DNA from: Antedon mediterranea
Taxonomy: Eukaryota > Animalia > Echinodermata
Direction: 5' to 3'
NCBI RefSeq assembly: GCF_964355755.1
Contig: NC_092677.1
Location: 3,060,101 to 3,124,100, forward strand
DNA: 64,000 nucleotides
Shown here: positions 38,501 to 50,066 of the stretch, one piece after another
Numbering within the stretch: the first letter of the stretch is position 1
Layout of the letters: each line of letters opens with the position of its first letter
Position numbers and translations under genes: made by a program
Notes under the pieces: generated by a model
Databases searched by the model: none
What the model saw: the letters and a program-made list of their open reading frames with translations, nothing else
What the model was told of the DNA's origin: nothing

Positions 38501-40709
38501 TGTCATCATTTCCATATTTTGGCACATCAAATTTTTATATTGCATAAAGTTTGATAGTGTAGACAGAGCTTTAGTGTGGAAATAGCCAGCTGTTCACACT
38601 TGTGATATTTTAGTAGCATATTTCTCAACCTGTTTTTGTTTATTCCAGATTGACAGTATCCAGTTGATTATGGATACAGAAACAGGTCGTTCCAAAGGAT
38701 ACGGCTTCATATCTGTAAGTTGGACAACTTTTATATTTTATTAATTTTACTCCGATAGAAAAACCATTTTTAGAGTTTTATTTTTGAAAAAGATATATAA
38801 TGATATTCACCTTAAAAAATTGACATTCCTAGCATGCACTTAATGATTATTAGATCATAACCAAGTACTACATGGCTGTGTTGAGTCTATTGTAATTATA
38901 GTAAAATATCATGTCAAAAGATTTTACTGTAATAACAAATGATTTTAGTTTGTGTCACTGTCACTGCAATAAACACCTTGTATGATTACCCCAAACAATT
39001 GCTTGCTAAATTATTGCAAAACCAAGGTTAAATAAACATAATGTAGTTTAACATGGTCCATAAATGCAGATTATTATTTTTTTTTTAATTGTTTAAATCC
39101 ATCCAGTTTCATGACTCTGAAGATGCTAAGAAAGCTTTGGAGCAGTTAAATGGCTTTGAGCTTGCAGGCCGACCAATGAAAGTCGGTAATGTAACCGAAA
39201 GGACCGACGGTCAGATGGCATCATCATTCTTGGACAATGATGAGCTAGATCGCACTGGCATTGAAATGACCACTACAGGACGATTACAACTTATGGCCAA
39301 ATTAGCAGAGGGTATGTAGAATCATTTTAAATGATTATTAGATCATAACCACGTATTACATGGCTGTATTGAGTCTATTGTAATTATAGTAAAGTATCAT
39401 GACATTAGCAATAATCCCATAGGCGGTTTGCAGTAAATAAATAAAAAAAATTATAAATAAATTATTTTTCTTGGCAGGTACTGGATTCCAGATTCCAGCT
39501 GCTGCAGCATCCGCCCTCAATCCCCTATCCCAAATGCCAGGCTCAGGCCTACCACAGATACCAGGCCAACAGCAGGTGGTTCCAGGTGCTGCACCCACTC
39601 AAGTCAACCTTCAAGCCTCACTGGCAGCTGCTCAGGCCCAGGCTCAACAACATGCCGCTGCCATAAGTCAACAGGCATCCACCGCTGCTCCGTCGTCTAT
39701 CACGGCATGCTTTATGCTCTCCAATATGTTTGACCCAAATACGTAAGTATATTTTAAAATAGCGGAATATTTACTCACCTTATATAGTCAAGTTTGAGGT
39801 TGTGCTGCCACAAGATTTCCCATTACACTCCTCAATAATAATATTTTGGATTTATAAAGCGCCTAATGTTGTGAAACCTCTAAGCATATTATTACCAAAG
39901 TCATTTTTTGATCAAACACGTATGGAAACATACTCCCGTAATGCAGCTATAAAGCGGCGCAACCCTCCTGGGTGGAGACGGCAAATGTGAATAACTAGTT
40001 TCTTACAAGCAATCCAAATAGTTGGATTCAAACACACAGTCTCATGATCTATAGTCCACACGCCCTCACGATGAACCATATGATTTATTTTGCAGTGAAT
40101 CGGGTGCTAATTGGGACGCCGATATCCGTGATGATGTTATAGAGGAATGCAATAAACATGGAGGGTGTACACATGTATATGTAGATAAAGGCTCACCCCA
40201 AGGCATGGTGTACGTTAAATGTCCTACACCTACCATAGCACAGGCCGCTGTTAGTGCATTACATGGTAGATGGTTCGCTGGTAAGCCTATTGCTATGTTT
40301 TAAATTCATTGATGACTCGTATTTCATCTCAAGCTCTGTTTACACTTTGTGACAATGTGATGTGCCCATATATGAACATAAAGATGTCATATTACTACAA
40401 TATTTAAGCATATATCAAGGCTCTGTCTACACTATCAAACTAGTTTAAGAAAAAAAGTGTGATGTGCTCAAATATGGTTATTTTGTCACATAGTTTTATA
40501 GTGTAGACAGCTTTATCGTATTATTTGTTACTGAATATATTGTAAAGCTATGTTCTACAAAACCACAGTCTATAGGGTATTACTTGAATTTGTTCTCCTC
40601 TTTTACAGGTAAAATGATCAACGCAGCGTACGTACCTCTTGCAAATTATCACACAATATTCCCACAGGCTATGAACTCATCACAACTATTATTATCTGGA
40701 CAGAGATGA
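32563..40709 (+). CDS. RBM39: RNA-binding protein 39 (CAPER alpha): RS domain, 2 RRMs, UHM; about 561 aa
   Basis: Coding exons 32563-32619 (MAEDIDVEAMLEAPYKK), 35013-35062, 36038-36082, 36567-36599, 36765-37034, 37407-37524 (RDARTVFCMQL), 37630-37722, 38036-38233 (GPMRLYVGSLHFNITEEML), 38649-38714, 39107-39311, 39478-39742, 40096-40280, 40609-40709 (1686 nt, in phase). A non-coding first exon probably ends at donor 32156. Confidence 0.96.
35126..35244. mobile_element. MITE family A copy
   Basis: Both TIRs present, TAA flanks. Confidence 0.85.
36157..36261. repeat. 34-bp tandem repeat, 3 copies
   Basis: GTATATACACAATCTGTGAGMGARTGCAGAATCT. Confidence 0.9.
36283..36497. mobile_element. MITE family A copy whose right end plus flank is tandemly triplicated
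   Basis: Element about 36283-36381, then a roughly 45-bp unit GTTTGATAGTGTAGACAGATCTTAACTCCTTGTTGTTAWTCATTG three times. Confidence 0.8.
38263..38570. mobile_element. Two adjacent MITE family A copies
   Basis: Copies at about 38263-38393 and 38437-38570, each ending in AAAGTTTGATAGTGTAGACAGA. Confidence 0.8.
40332..40512. mobile_element. Nested or rearranged MITE family A copies
   Basis: AGCTCTGTTTACAC... followed by GGCTCTGTCTACACTATCAAAC...GTGTAGACAGCT. Confidence 0.75.
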
Positions 40710-41450
40710 GATACAGACAAGTGATAGCAAACTAAGATGATATTAAGTCGAAGATAATGGTGATACTCAGTTAAACCTAATCTCGCTTGAACAGTTGTAG
40801 ATAATTTTGAATTTTTAATCTTACACTGTACTGAAAATAGGTCATTTAAAACTCGCGTTTTTTATTTTATAGCGGAAAAATGAATTTGTTTATATTGTAG
40901 GGCTATGGTACTGGCACGACATGCCGCGTTAGTCTGTGAATACTTAACTTTATCGCGCATATCATCATGGAATCCGTAATAAGGTTTAAATACAGCGAAA
41001 CCAGTTTTTGAAATACGTTTTTTTAAGTGATTTTAAATGTGTGAACTTTCGTGTACTTTGTTGCTAGATTAAACAAATTGAGGCAAGTATGTGGAACATA
41101 ATACCTTGTATATAAGACAATTTTACATATGTATAATTAGGTTATAAAAAACAATTTATATAAGGATACTCTTTAAAAAAAATCTTTGGTGAAAAGTACT
41201 GCAAGAAGGCATACATTAGCTGGTGATTTCTTTAATTACATGTGTCAATTATTAATGGTTTATTGTAAAACAAGATCACAATTATTCTTTTGAAAATAAA
41301 TGTTTTGCTTGGTATTTTAAATCTGGTTTGTAAATACAATACATTATTAGTAACATTTACAAAAAATTGTAAAAAAAATGACTCTGAATATCATACACAA
41401 ATCATGTTTTATTAGTGTATACATTCGTGCGTTAAAATCATATTCAACAT

Positions 41451-44335
41451 TTACTTTTTGCGACCTTTTTTACGTCTGACTTCATTTGGATTACGTCGTC
41501 TTGAATTACTACTCGCACCAGACATGCCAATCTGAGCTGCTCTACTTGTGACATCGTTAACCGCGAATGGCGACCCTCTAGCTACGAAATCTGGGTCAAA
41601 CGCGTTGATTTTTGCAAGTGTTTTCTTGGCTGGTTTGTTTTGCGGCGCTGGTTGATCTTCGCAAAGTACGGGGTTCATAGCATGCTTTCCTCCTTTTGGT
41701 AGTGGAAGTGGATACTGCAATACAAACAAAAGACCAGTGAATCACACCATTAAACTTGTTAATGTAATGTTATATATTTCAACTGAAGTTGAAACGGCTT
41801 CAGTTAGCAACACTTTTAAAATTGTATAGGAGTTATACTTTATTTACCTTTAGACCACGTGTATTGATGGCCCTCCTGGATGACAGGTGGTACCTCTGTG
41901 TTCCGTCTTCATCCACGGTTACTGTCACTTTTGTCATCGTCTTATTGCCACATTTGGGACAAAACACTTTCTGTGTGTTACTAGTAATTCTGTAAAATTT
42001 ATATTTATTTTTTACTTTTATTGAAGAAGCTAAATTAAATGGTAATACAACTCAGCCAACACTAGACACTTTGCGCTGGTGGTACTGTATTCAGAATGTG
42101 TTTTCAATGGTAAAGAGGAATTTGGGACCTTTTGGACCTCAAGAAAAGTCTGGTATTGGGAGAGTTGATTGCTAAAATCTATCAATCCCGTAAATACCCA
42201 CCAAATGATAGATGATGATAGATTTTAGCAGACACTTGGACAAATGGAGATGGCACTTACTTGAAACAAGAGTAACACCTCAGAGCGTAACTCTTCGCTC
42301 TTTTAATCAGCATGCCATCAACAGATACAACAGAAAGGCCTATCTGTATCAACACATTCTATTAAGAAAAAAACATAAAATTGTTTACTAAAATTTGCAT
42401 TGCTCCCATTGTATTTCAGAACAGGGACATATAACCTGAATTACAAACCTATGATATACCATACCTGCATTGCGAAATCAGTTGTAAGACAGCCGACCCC
42501 AACACCACTTGCGGGTATCTGTTCCGATTCATTGTACTGTTTAACTTGGCTAATATTACTTGGTGTTATCCACCCAATCTCCTCATCCTCTTCCCCATCC
42601 ATGTCAACATCATTTACAGGATCCTCATCAATTAAATTATCTTTACTTAAATCATCTTTATTTTCTAATTGTTCTGCTTTTTCAACATTATCGCCTTCTT
42701 CCATTTTAGTTTCATTTAATTTAGTTTCAGTTTCTTGATTGTTTTTAACTTCATCTGCTGATTCTTCAACATTTGAACTTATGATTTCTTTCTCTGAATT
42801 TGTCTTAACATTTAAAATTGAAAAAGAAAAAAAAATATTAATATTGTAAATAAATCAAACCAAATAATAGCCTCAAACATATATAGTGGAGTTGTGGCTT
42901 GGTGGTTATGATGCTTGGCTACCAATCCAAGGTGAATGAATTCGCTTATGGTTATCCTTGGCAATTTGCCTAAATATAGTCAATAGTTCATAAAATGACT
43001 ACCTTGTCTGGATAATAAAATCCCTCGATATCGGTTGCTTTTTGTAGAGGTTTTTTACTGCAAGTGATTGTCATCTGAAAGAAACAAGTACATAGTGGAG
43101 TTGTGGCTTGCTGGTTATGATGCTTGGCTACCACTCCAAGGGTCCTGGTTTCAAGTCCCGTCACATATCAGGATTTTTTCTAAGGACAAATTTACAACTC
43201 CACTCCCAAAGACTTGTAATAAGACTTTGTTTATGTAGAGCATCTTGTGTATATGTTTGTCTTGTGAACCTAAGAGGTCCCCTAATGATCAGCAATTGCT
43301 GGATGGATCACCCTCATTAAATATGGTAAAAAAACCCTATGGGAAATGAATTTTAAAAAGGCAAGGTAAAGCCACACCCTTCACTTTGCTACAAAAACCT
43401 GCTTTAGCAATACTGATGTTTTTAGAGTAGACTTATTTAGGAATATTAATTGTTTAGTCTAAAATCCACTTCAGGTACATGCATTTATCACTAGCATTTC
43501 TCTACCTTCTTCTCTGGTACTTTCTTAAGATGTTCTGAGCCCACTTTCTCTTTAGTGAGTTGGTATGTTAGTGCCATCACTTTGATGTCAGTCGCTGATA
43601 AACTTCCCCAATCGCCTGTCTTTTTAGCAAAATCAGAAACTTAAAATAAAAAATATATTTTATTCAATGAACTAATCAATAAAACTGTAACATACATTTA
43701 CTACTAAGCAATTAAAGGATTTTATATTTTCCAGATTTTTACATTACCATGTGTGATACTTTCAGTTGATGGTGATTTAAATTTAAGCTCATACGGTAGC
43801 ACTGCTAGACGTTGTCGTGTTGCAGAATCTCGGATTTCGTTCACAACTTCCTGAATCGTGTATATGTTGTCTGCAAGATCCTGAAATTTAACAACTTAAT
43901 ATATAATAAAATTAAAAACTAATTTAATAAAAATGAGCATGTGATATTTTGTGGATTGTTTGTATCTTATTCTTAATGATACATTTTTACATAAAATACA
44001 ACTTACTTTGTATGTTGTACAGTGCGAGTTTTAAAATGTATAGTTTTGGATAGGCTAGGCCTAGGGTAAATCAAAATAATCTTCAGGAGTCTGCATCATC
44101 GCGCTGGGCTTTCCCTTCTTTATTTCAATTTTATATATATATGTGTACCTAGACTACACGTAGTAGGCTAGGCTAGGCCCTATATACTAGGCCTAGCTAG
44201 TAGTAGAGGCTAGTTAGTAGGCCTAACCTAGCCTATTTAGGTACTGAGGGGCTTATTATACACATTTACCTGAAGTTTAACATTTTTCAGAAATCCAGCA
44301 GCGTCAACTATCATATGTTCTGTTTTTGTAGTCAT
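41451..44335 (-). CDS. NOB1: RNA-binding protein NOB1 (PIN-domain 18S rRNA endonuclease with Zn ribbon), about 415 aa
   Basis: Exons 44335-44270 (HMIVDAAGFL), 43880-43748 (EVVNEIRD), 43639-43506 (TGDWGSLSATDIKVMAL), 43074-43003, 42803-42465 (GWITPSN...CLTTDFAMQ), 42358-42261 (LRCYSCF), 41989-41848 (FCPKCGNK), 41714-41451 (1248 nt). Confidence 0.96.
43095..43323 (+). mobile_element. tRNA-derived SINE in a NOB1 intron
   Basis: A-box TGGCTTGCTGG, anticodon-like arm CTTGG-CTACCAC-TCCAAG, B-box GGTTTCAAGTCC, body and A-rich end. A duplicate of the head lies at 42886-42931. Confidence 0.7.
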
Positions 44336-44626
44336 TCTGAATTCTAAAAACTAAGCAATAACCAACTTTAGATTAGAAAAAAAATTATACTGTTTCACAA
44401 CATCGCACCCACCACATGTTGGTCCAGTCGTTTTAATTATTGTCAGTTACTTATCACGACTGTAAACGTTAGTCTATTATAACATTGCCTTACTGTGAGG
44501 GCGCACTACACGTTACATATTCTCTAAAAATAACAATTAATTGTTTGAAAGAGTACTAAAAGTCAGACAAAAACAGGTCATCCGGTTTCCTGATTCCCTT
44601 TATAAAACACACGTATACATAATAAT
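44336..44626. promoter_or_regulatory. Bidirectional promoter shared by NOB1 and CHMP1A
   Basis: Divergent start codons at 44335 (-) and 44627 (+) are only about 290 bp apart. Confidence 0.8.
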
Positions 44627-47600
44627 ATGCCCAGTATGGAAGGTAGGTTATCTTTGTAATTTTTAACTTATATTTAAGCTAGAGCGATGGTAATAAGGGA
44701 AGGGACCACCAGCCAGCAGTGTGTAGTAGGTAGGAACTACTACACTACTAGCTCCCTAGGGCTAGGCCTACCCTAGCTAGGCAGGCCCAAAGAGTGTAAA
44801 TAGAAGTAGGTATAGAGAGGCCTAAGTACAGTAGCCTAGTTTATAATAGTACTACTAGGCCTAACTAGTTTAGTAGGGCGGCCTAGCTAGGCCCTGTAGT
44901 CTTACTAGTTAGGCCTAACTAAACTCCCAAAAGAATTAATAAATACTCCTAGCTAGGCCTAGCCTACCTCTAATTAAACCTAGCTAAAAAAATTTGTTTA
45001 ACACAAAAATAAAATTATGAAATCTTCATCTATTTTATATATTATAGGCCTTTTAGATAGGCCTAGAATTGTATTTCAAATTTTAATTTTTAAACTGTAA
45101 CTATTTACCTTTTTCAGATACACTTTTCCAGTTAAAGGTAAAATAAATACTGTATTATGATTTTAATTCATTTAATTATATACTACATTTTTACTGAATG
45201 TTATGCTTCCAGTTTCTTTAGAATGATCTTAATTTGTTTTAATTCTTTTTCCTCAAACTAGTTTGCTACCAAGCAGTTGGAAAGACTGGCAAAAAAGTCA
45301 GAAAAAGAACAAAAAACGCAACAAGCAAAGGTCAAAAAGGTCAGTATCATGTGGTATTATTTTCTGTACATGTGATCTATGCTTCCTATAACTGTTTACT
45401 TAATGCTTAAGTTTCATTTTTACATTTATTTTAGGCCATACAGCAGAAGAATATCGAAGGAGCAAAAATCTATGCAGAAAATGCGATAAGAAAGAAGAAT
45501 GAAGGGCTGAACTACTTGCGTATGGCATCAAGGGTGGACGCTGTGTCATCGAGGGTGAAATCAGCTATGGCGATGAAAGAGGTAAAAACCATAATATCTT
45601 GTAAGAATTAGTTGTTACAAAACAGGTCATTACAGGTCACATAATCAGCCAATCAGTGCATCTGATTCAATGGTGAATAATAATATAGTACATTTTTAAT
45701 CATTGTGTTTTTTTTTTTTTCTCAGGTTACAAAGAATATGGGGAGTGTAGTAAAAGGACTTGACAAGGCAATGGCATCAATGAATCTAGAGAAGGTAAAC
45801 TTACTTTTTATTTGTTACTTCTTACTTTCTTTTGATGTGCCCATGTATGGACATGATGATGTCATATCACTACCATATTTGGGCACATTACACTTTTTTT
45901 TGTCAAACTAGTTTGGTATTGTAGAGCTTAAGATAGATAACTCTTTAATGACAGATGCTAATATAAATTACTGTAACTCTATTATATTTATTTCAGGTTT
46001 CTCAAATCATGGAGAAATTTGAAGGGCAGTTTGAAGACCTTGACGTCCACACACAGGTTAGTAATGGAAAACACCATAGTGGTATGATAGCATGGTGCTT
46101 AACATGCATGCTTACTATTTCCAGGATCCTAGGTTCTATCCCTGGCTCTACTGAATTCACCAATCACACTTGACTGAGATATTTCACTTAAATACCAACT
46201 ATTTGACTTAAGTTTAACTATTTGTTATCATGTTTTTTAACCTTGGAATACAAGTTTCAATGTATTTGTATTTATTTAAATAAATTTGAAATTGAACTGA
46301 AGTCAATATTTAAGGTTTTCACTTAAAAGCCAGTGGCCGTATTCACCAATCACACTTAAGTGAGATATTTCCCTTAAATCCTAAGGATTTCCCTTAAATC
46401 AAGAAAATATTAAGGGTTTCACTTAAGTGGTATTCACAAAGGGTTTAAGGTTAAGGGAAACCCTTAACTTGGTCTATTTTCCCCTTAACTTTTAAGGGAC
46501 CTCAGATGTCCCTTAAAAGTTTCCTTAACTATTCAGTACCTTGGTTGTGCTGACGATTCTGTATGTGCGAGTACTATGCCTACTTGTAGATGGCCCCAGT
46601 CTAGGCTAGGTAGAGATGCTAGGCCCCCTGTTGGTCTGCCCAGTAACCAGCCTAGGATGCATATGCCTCAATACAGACAGGTTTAGGCCTACACAGAATG
46701 TTGGTGTGTTAGTAGCATCTAGGCTAGACCTATTTTTCTTGATCCTCATACAAATTAGTCTAGGTTTAATATTCATTTACTTGTTTTTGTTTTGACTGCC
46801 ATCGTCCATACACTTTTCTCTTCATCCTCCCCGTCCCCCCAACCCCTTACTCTTTTTTTAAATATGTAAATTAGTTTTAGAGAGGAAAGTGATTGGACCA
46901 TAGGGGAATTAAATCCTCTGTGATTGGACAATGGGACAACTCATGAATATTTATTATTATTTTTACCCTTAAGTTTGACCCTTACATTAAGTGTTTTCCT
47001 TAGGTAAGTGAATCCCTTAACTCATTTGTGAATACCCCTTAAGTGTTTCCCTTTGTTAAGGGAATTCTTACATTTTAAGGGTAAGTATTTCCCTTAGCCT
47101 AAGTGAGATTGGTGAATACGGCAAACAATTTCTATTGATCATACATTCCAATAATTTTCGATCTATAGTTTCCCCTATGTTTCATAATTTTTGGGATTTT
47201 ATTTGTGTTACAGGAGCTTTTTGAAAATTAGCACTTTCATATCACTATCAGTGGGGGGATAGTTCAAATTACACAGTAAAATCTCTATTCTTTTGTACAC
47301 AAATTTTGAAAATAGAGAGGCATTTTAAAAAACTATGAAAAATAAACGGTGTGGTAAAAAATGTTATCAGATGACTAAATATAGGTAATATAACTTGAAT
47401 TTTACATTTCTGGTAGTTTTATTCAACTTCAGAATTTTATTTTCATGCTATAGCAAAAATTATCCACCGTATATCCACAATCTTTTTTCACCTTCTAGGG
47501 AGTCACCAGACATGTTATTACATTATGTTAACTACCTAACTACTGAAAAAAAGTCTTCCTGTTTTTTTTGGCAGAATTTTGCCAAATTTTGTATTTGGCC

Positions 47601-48001
47601 ATATTGGGGGAAATTCATGGTTTTTCATCTTGATTTCTGTTACAAATATTTGATTTATGTACAATTAACCAGATATTATATTTAAAATTCATGCCTGTAC
47701 CTGAGCTTTAAGTGGTATTTAAGCTGTATATTTCTCTTTCAATAATTGACATTTAATGCTCATTAAAATAATATTTTTAACGTTTTAGGTTTTGGAAGGA
47801 TCTCTTGGTAATTCAACCACATTAAGCACCCCACAAGATCAAGTAGATCAACTCATACAGCAAGTTGCAGAAGAGAATGGACTGGACATGATCAGTGACC
47901 TAGCTTCAGCGCCAGAGGTCAATGATACAATAGCAAGTTCATCAAGAACAACGCAGCAAGATGACGTTCTTTCAAAACGATTGGCGGCTCTCAGGGAATG
48001 A
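44627..48001 (+). CDS. CHMP1A: Charged multivesicular body protein 1a (ESCRT-III), about 200 aa
   Basis: Exons 44627-44642, 45118-45137 (DTLFQLK), 45262-45339, 45435-45581 ([28 protein letters not shown]), 45726-45794, 45997-46056, 47789-48001 (MIM end [10 protein letters not shown]). The start could instead be ATG 44636. Confidence 0.95.
45833..45928. mobile_element. MITE family A partial copy
   Basis: GATGTGCCCATGTATGGACATGATGATGTCATATCACTACCATATTTGGGCAC core. Confidence 0.8.
46335..47122. mobile_element. Non-autonomous DNA transposon (Harbinger-like) in a CHMP1A intron
   Basis: TIRs GCCGTATTCACCAATC / GATTGGTGAATACGGC with many subterminal CCCTTAA/TTAAGGG motifs. An extra left-end fragment lies at about 46152-46195. 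Confidence 0.8.
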
Positions 48002-48045
48002 AAGATGAGGAGGAGGAGGAGGAGGAGGAGAAGGAATATAGATAC

Positions 48046-48293
48046 GTTTTACCCATAGATACATATTTTGATTTGAAAATGTTTACACTCAGACTGTAAA
48101 CAGTTTATTGACAACAGGGCTGGCATTGTCAGTCTTTTTGCTTAAGTTAAGATAGTGCTTAAGTGAAAAATTAAATATGTTTTACCCATAGATACATATT
48201 TTGATTTGAAAATGTTTACACTGTAAACAGTATATTGACAACATGACTGGCATTGTCAGTCTTTTTGCTTAAGTTAATATAGTGCTTAAGTGA
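48046..48293. repeat. About 130-bp tandem duplication in the CHMP1A 3' UTR
   Basis: GTTTTACCCATAGATACATATTTTGATTTGAAAATGTTTACACT...GTGCTTAAGTGAA present twice. Confidence 0.9.
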
Positions 48294-49298
48294 ACAACTT
48301 CAGATGTGTTTATCAAACCAGTTCTTTTCATCATAAGAAAAAATATGTACAGTAAAACATTTTTGATTAGGTTATTTTGAAAATGTACTGCCATTGACTG
48401 TAACAAAGTTGAGATGATCAATTGTTCACATTTGAAAAATCACTTCAACTCAGATATGAGGTGCCAAGTGTAAAATTATATGTAAGTAACTACAGTAGAT
48501 AAATAATACATTTGCACTTGGCACCTCATACGCAGACACTGCATGAAACTAGCATACTACTGTAGCAGAAGTTCTGTTATTTCTACTAAAACTGAAAACC
48601 AGATTTAAACAAATTTCTTTAGTGACATCTTTGTCAAGTGCAGTGTTCACATGTAGCTATTGGTATAGGTCTTTCACAGAACATTTAAGTATTTCTAAGT
48701 TTTGCACATGTGAAAATAATTTTATTTGTATTATTTTAACAAATTGAAAAAATCATCATAACTCATAATTTAATCATGTATGTGCACACGGCGGGAAAAA
48801 ATTTGATTGAGTTTACCACAGCACAATACCATAATTTATTCACACACTCATTTACATAATCCAGGTATACCATAATCCCCTCATGTGGCCAACATGTTTA
48901 CATGTGGTGATGACAGATATGCGTAGGATATCTGATGTTTGATTTTTAACATGCAATTGAAGATTTATAATGTGCTTTTTTTCTTTAACATATAAATACC
49001 TTTCCTTGTTTTGTATTATTTAATGGCTTTTGTAGAATTTGTACATTTATTATACAATCTAAAATTTACAATTATTATGTAAAATTCTTAAATAGCTTTT
49101 TTTTTCTAATATACAAACTGTAAATAAAGATGGATTATCGAATAAACTGATTTTATAAGAAATAAGTAGAAGACAGCAGACTGTTGATCTGCGCGTGAGT
49201 TGTAATTTAAATTGTTATTTAAAGGGACAGTCAAAGAGAATATCACATTTCAAAATATATAGTTAAAGGTGCTGTATGCGAAAACAATTCTTTGTTTA

Positions 49299-49447
49299 AG
49301 CTCTGTCTACACTATCAAACTTTATGTGAAAAAAATGTGATGTGCCCATATGGACACAATGACATCATATCACTACTATACTTGGACATATCACTACAAT
49401 ATTTTGGCATATCAAACTGTCAAACTAGTTTGACAGTGTAGACAGCT
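49299..49447. mobile_element. MITE family A copy
   Basis: AGCTCTGTCTACACTATCAAAC...GTTTGACAGTGTAGACAGCT. Confidence 0.8.
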
Positions 49448-49592
49448 TTACTGTCCTCTGCGAAATCGATTTTCGTCATTTATATTTTTAAACAAAAAAT
49501 TGTGAAATTGGCTGTGAGAAGAATGCATCATAAACAGTAAGAAATAAGATTTAATTTAACGGAAAAAGAAAAACAGCGAAGCGATCGGGTTT

Positions 49593-49662
49593 GATACATT
49601 GGTTTTGTGGTATAGCGCCTACTTTCGAATAGGAGACTCCGGGTTCGAATCTCGGTCGGTCA
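49593..49662 (+). pseudogene. tRNA-derived sequence (tRNA pseudogene or SINE head), not a functional tRNA
   Basis: A-box-like TGGTTTTGTGG, anticodon arm CCTA-CTTTCGAA-TAGG with an 8-nt loop, intact T-arm CCGGG-TTCGAAT-CTCGG. The acceptor stem pairs poorly. Confidence 0.7.
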
Positions 49663-50066
49663 TGTTGCAACTTGAACATGTCTTTTGTCAACCCACACAT
49701 ATTCAAATTCAAATTTTTACGGAAAATTTTAATTAATTTCACATCGCTTTCAATTTTGTTTTAAATCTTTCTTTCGCTTTCTTCTGTGAATTACAAATGA
49801 AAGTGCCTTAAGCACCTGTGTTGATGATACGTGCACGTCTGCGCGTTATAACTATTATTCTAAATGAGAATAATTATATCTATTTTTGAATAATTTGTGT
49901 TTTCTGTTGTACTGCGTCTTTAAGGGATTTTAATAAATTTACGTGATATGAAAGGGAAAAAACGACAAGAAACCAAATAGGATTACCAGACTATTTTTAT
50001 TTCTATTGCGTCACAAACGAGCTGATTCGAATATTAAAGGAGGCATGCGGATTAAAAGGATTAACT

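Larger units (their letters stand above)
49267..49919. mobile_element. Probable TTAA-flanked (Kolobok-like) element containing a nested MITE and a tRNA-like segment
   Basis: TTAA-AGGTGCTGTAT ... GTACTGCGTCT-TTAA imperfect termini. Confidence 0.45.

Noticed and set aside
49593-49662. Functional tRNA gene
   Set aside because: The acceptor stem is mismatched and the anticodon loop is 8 nt, so it is kept only as a tRNA-derived sequence.
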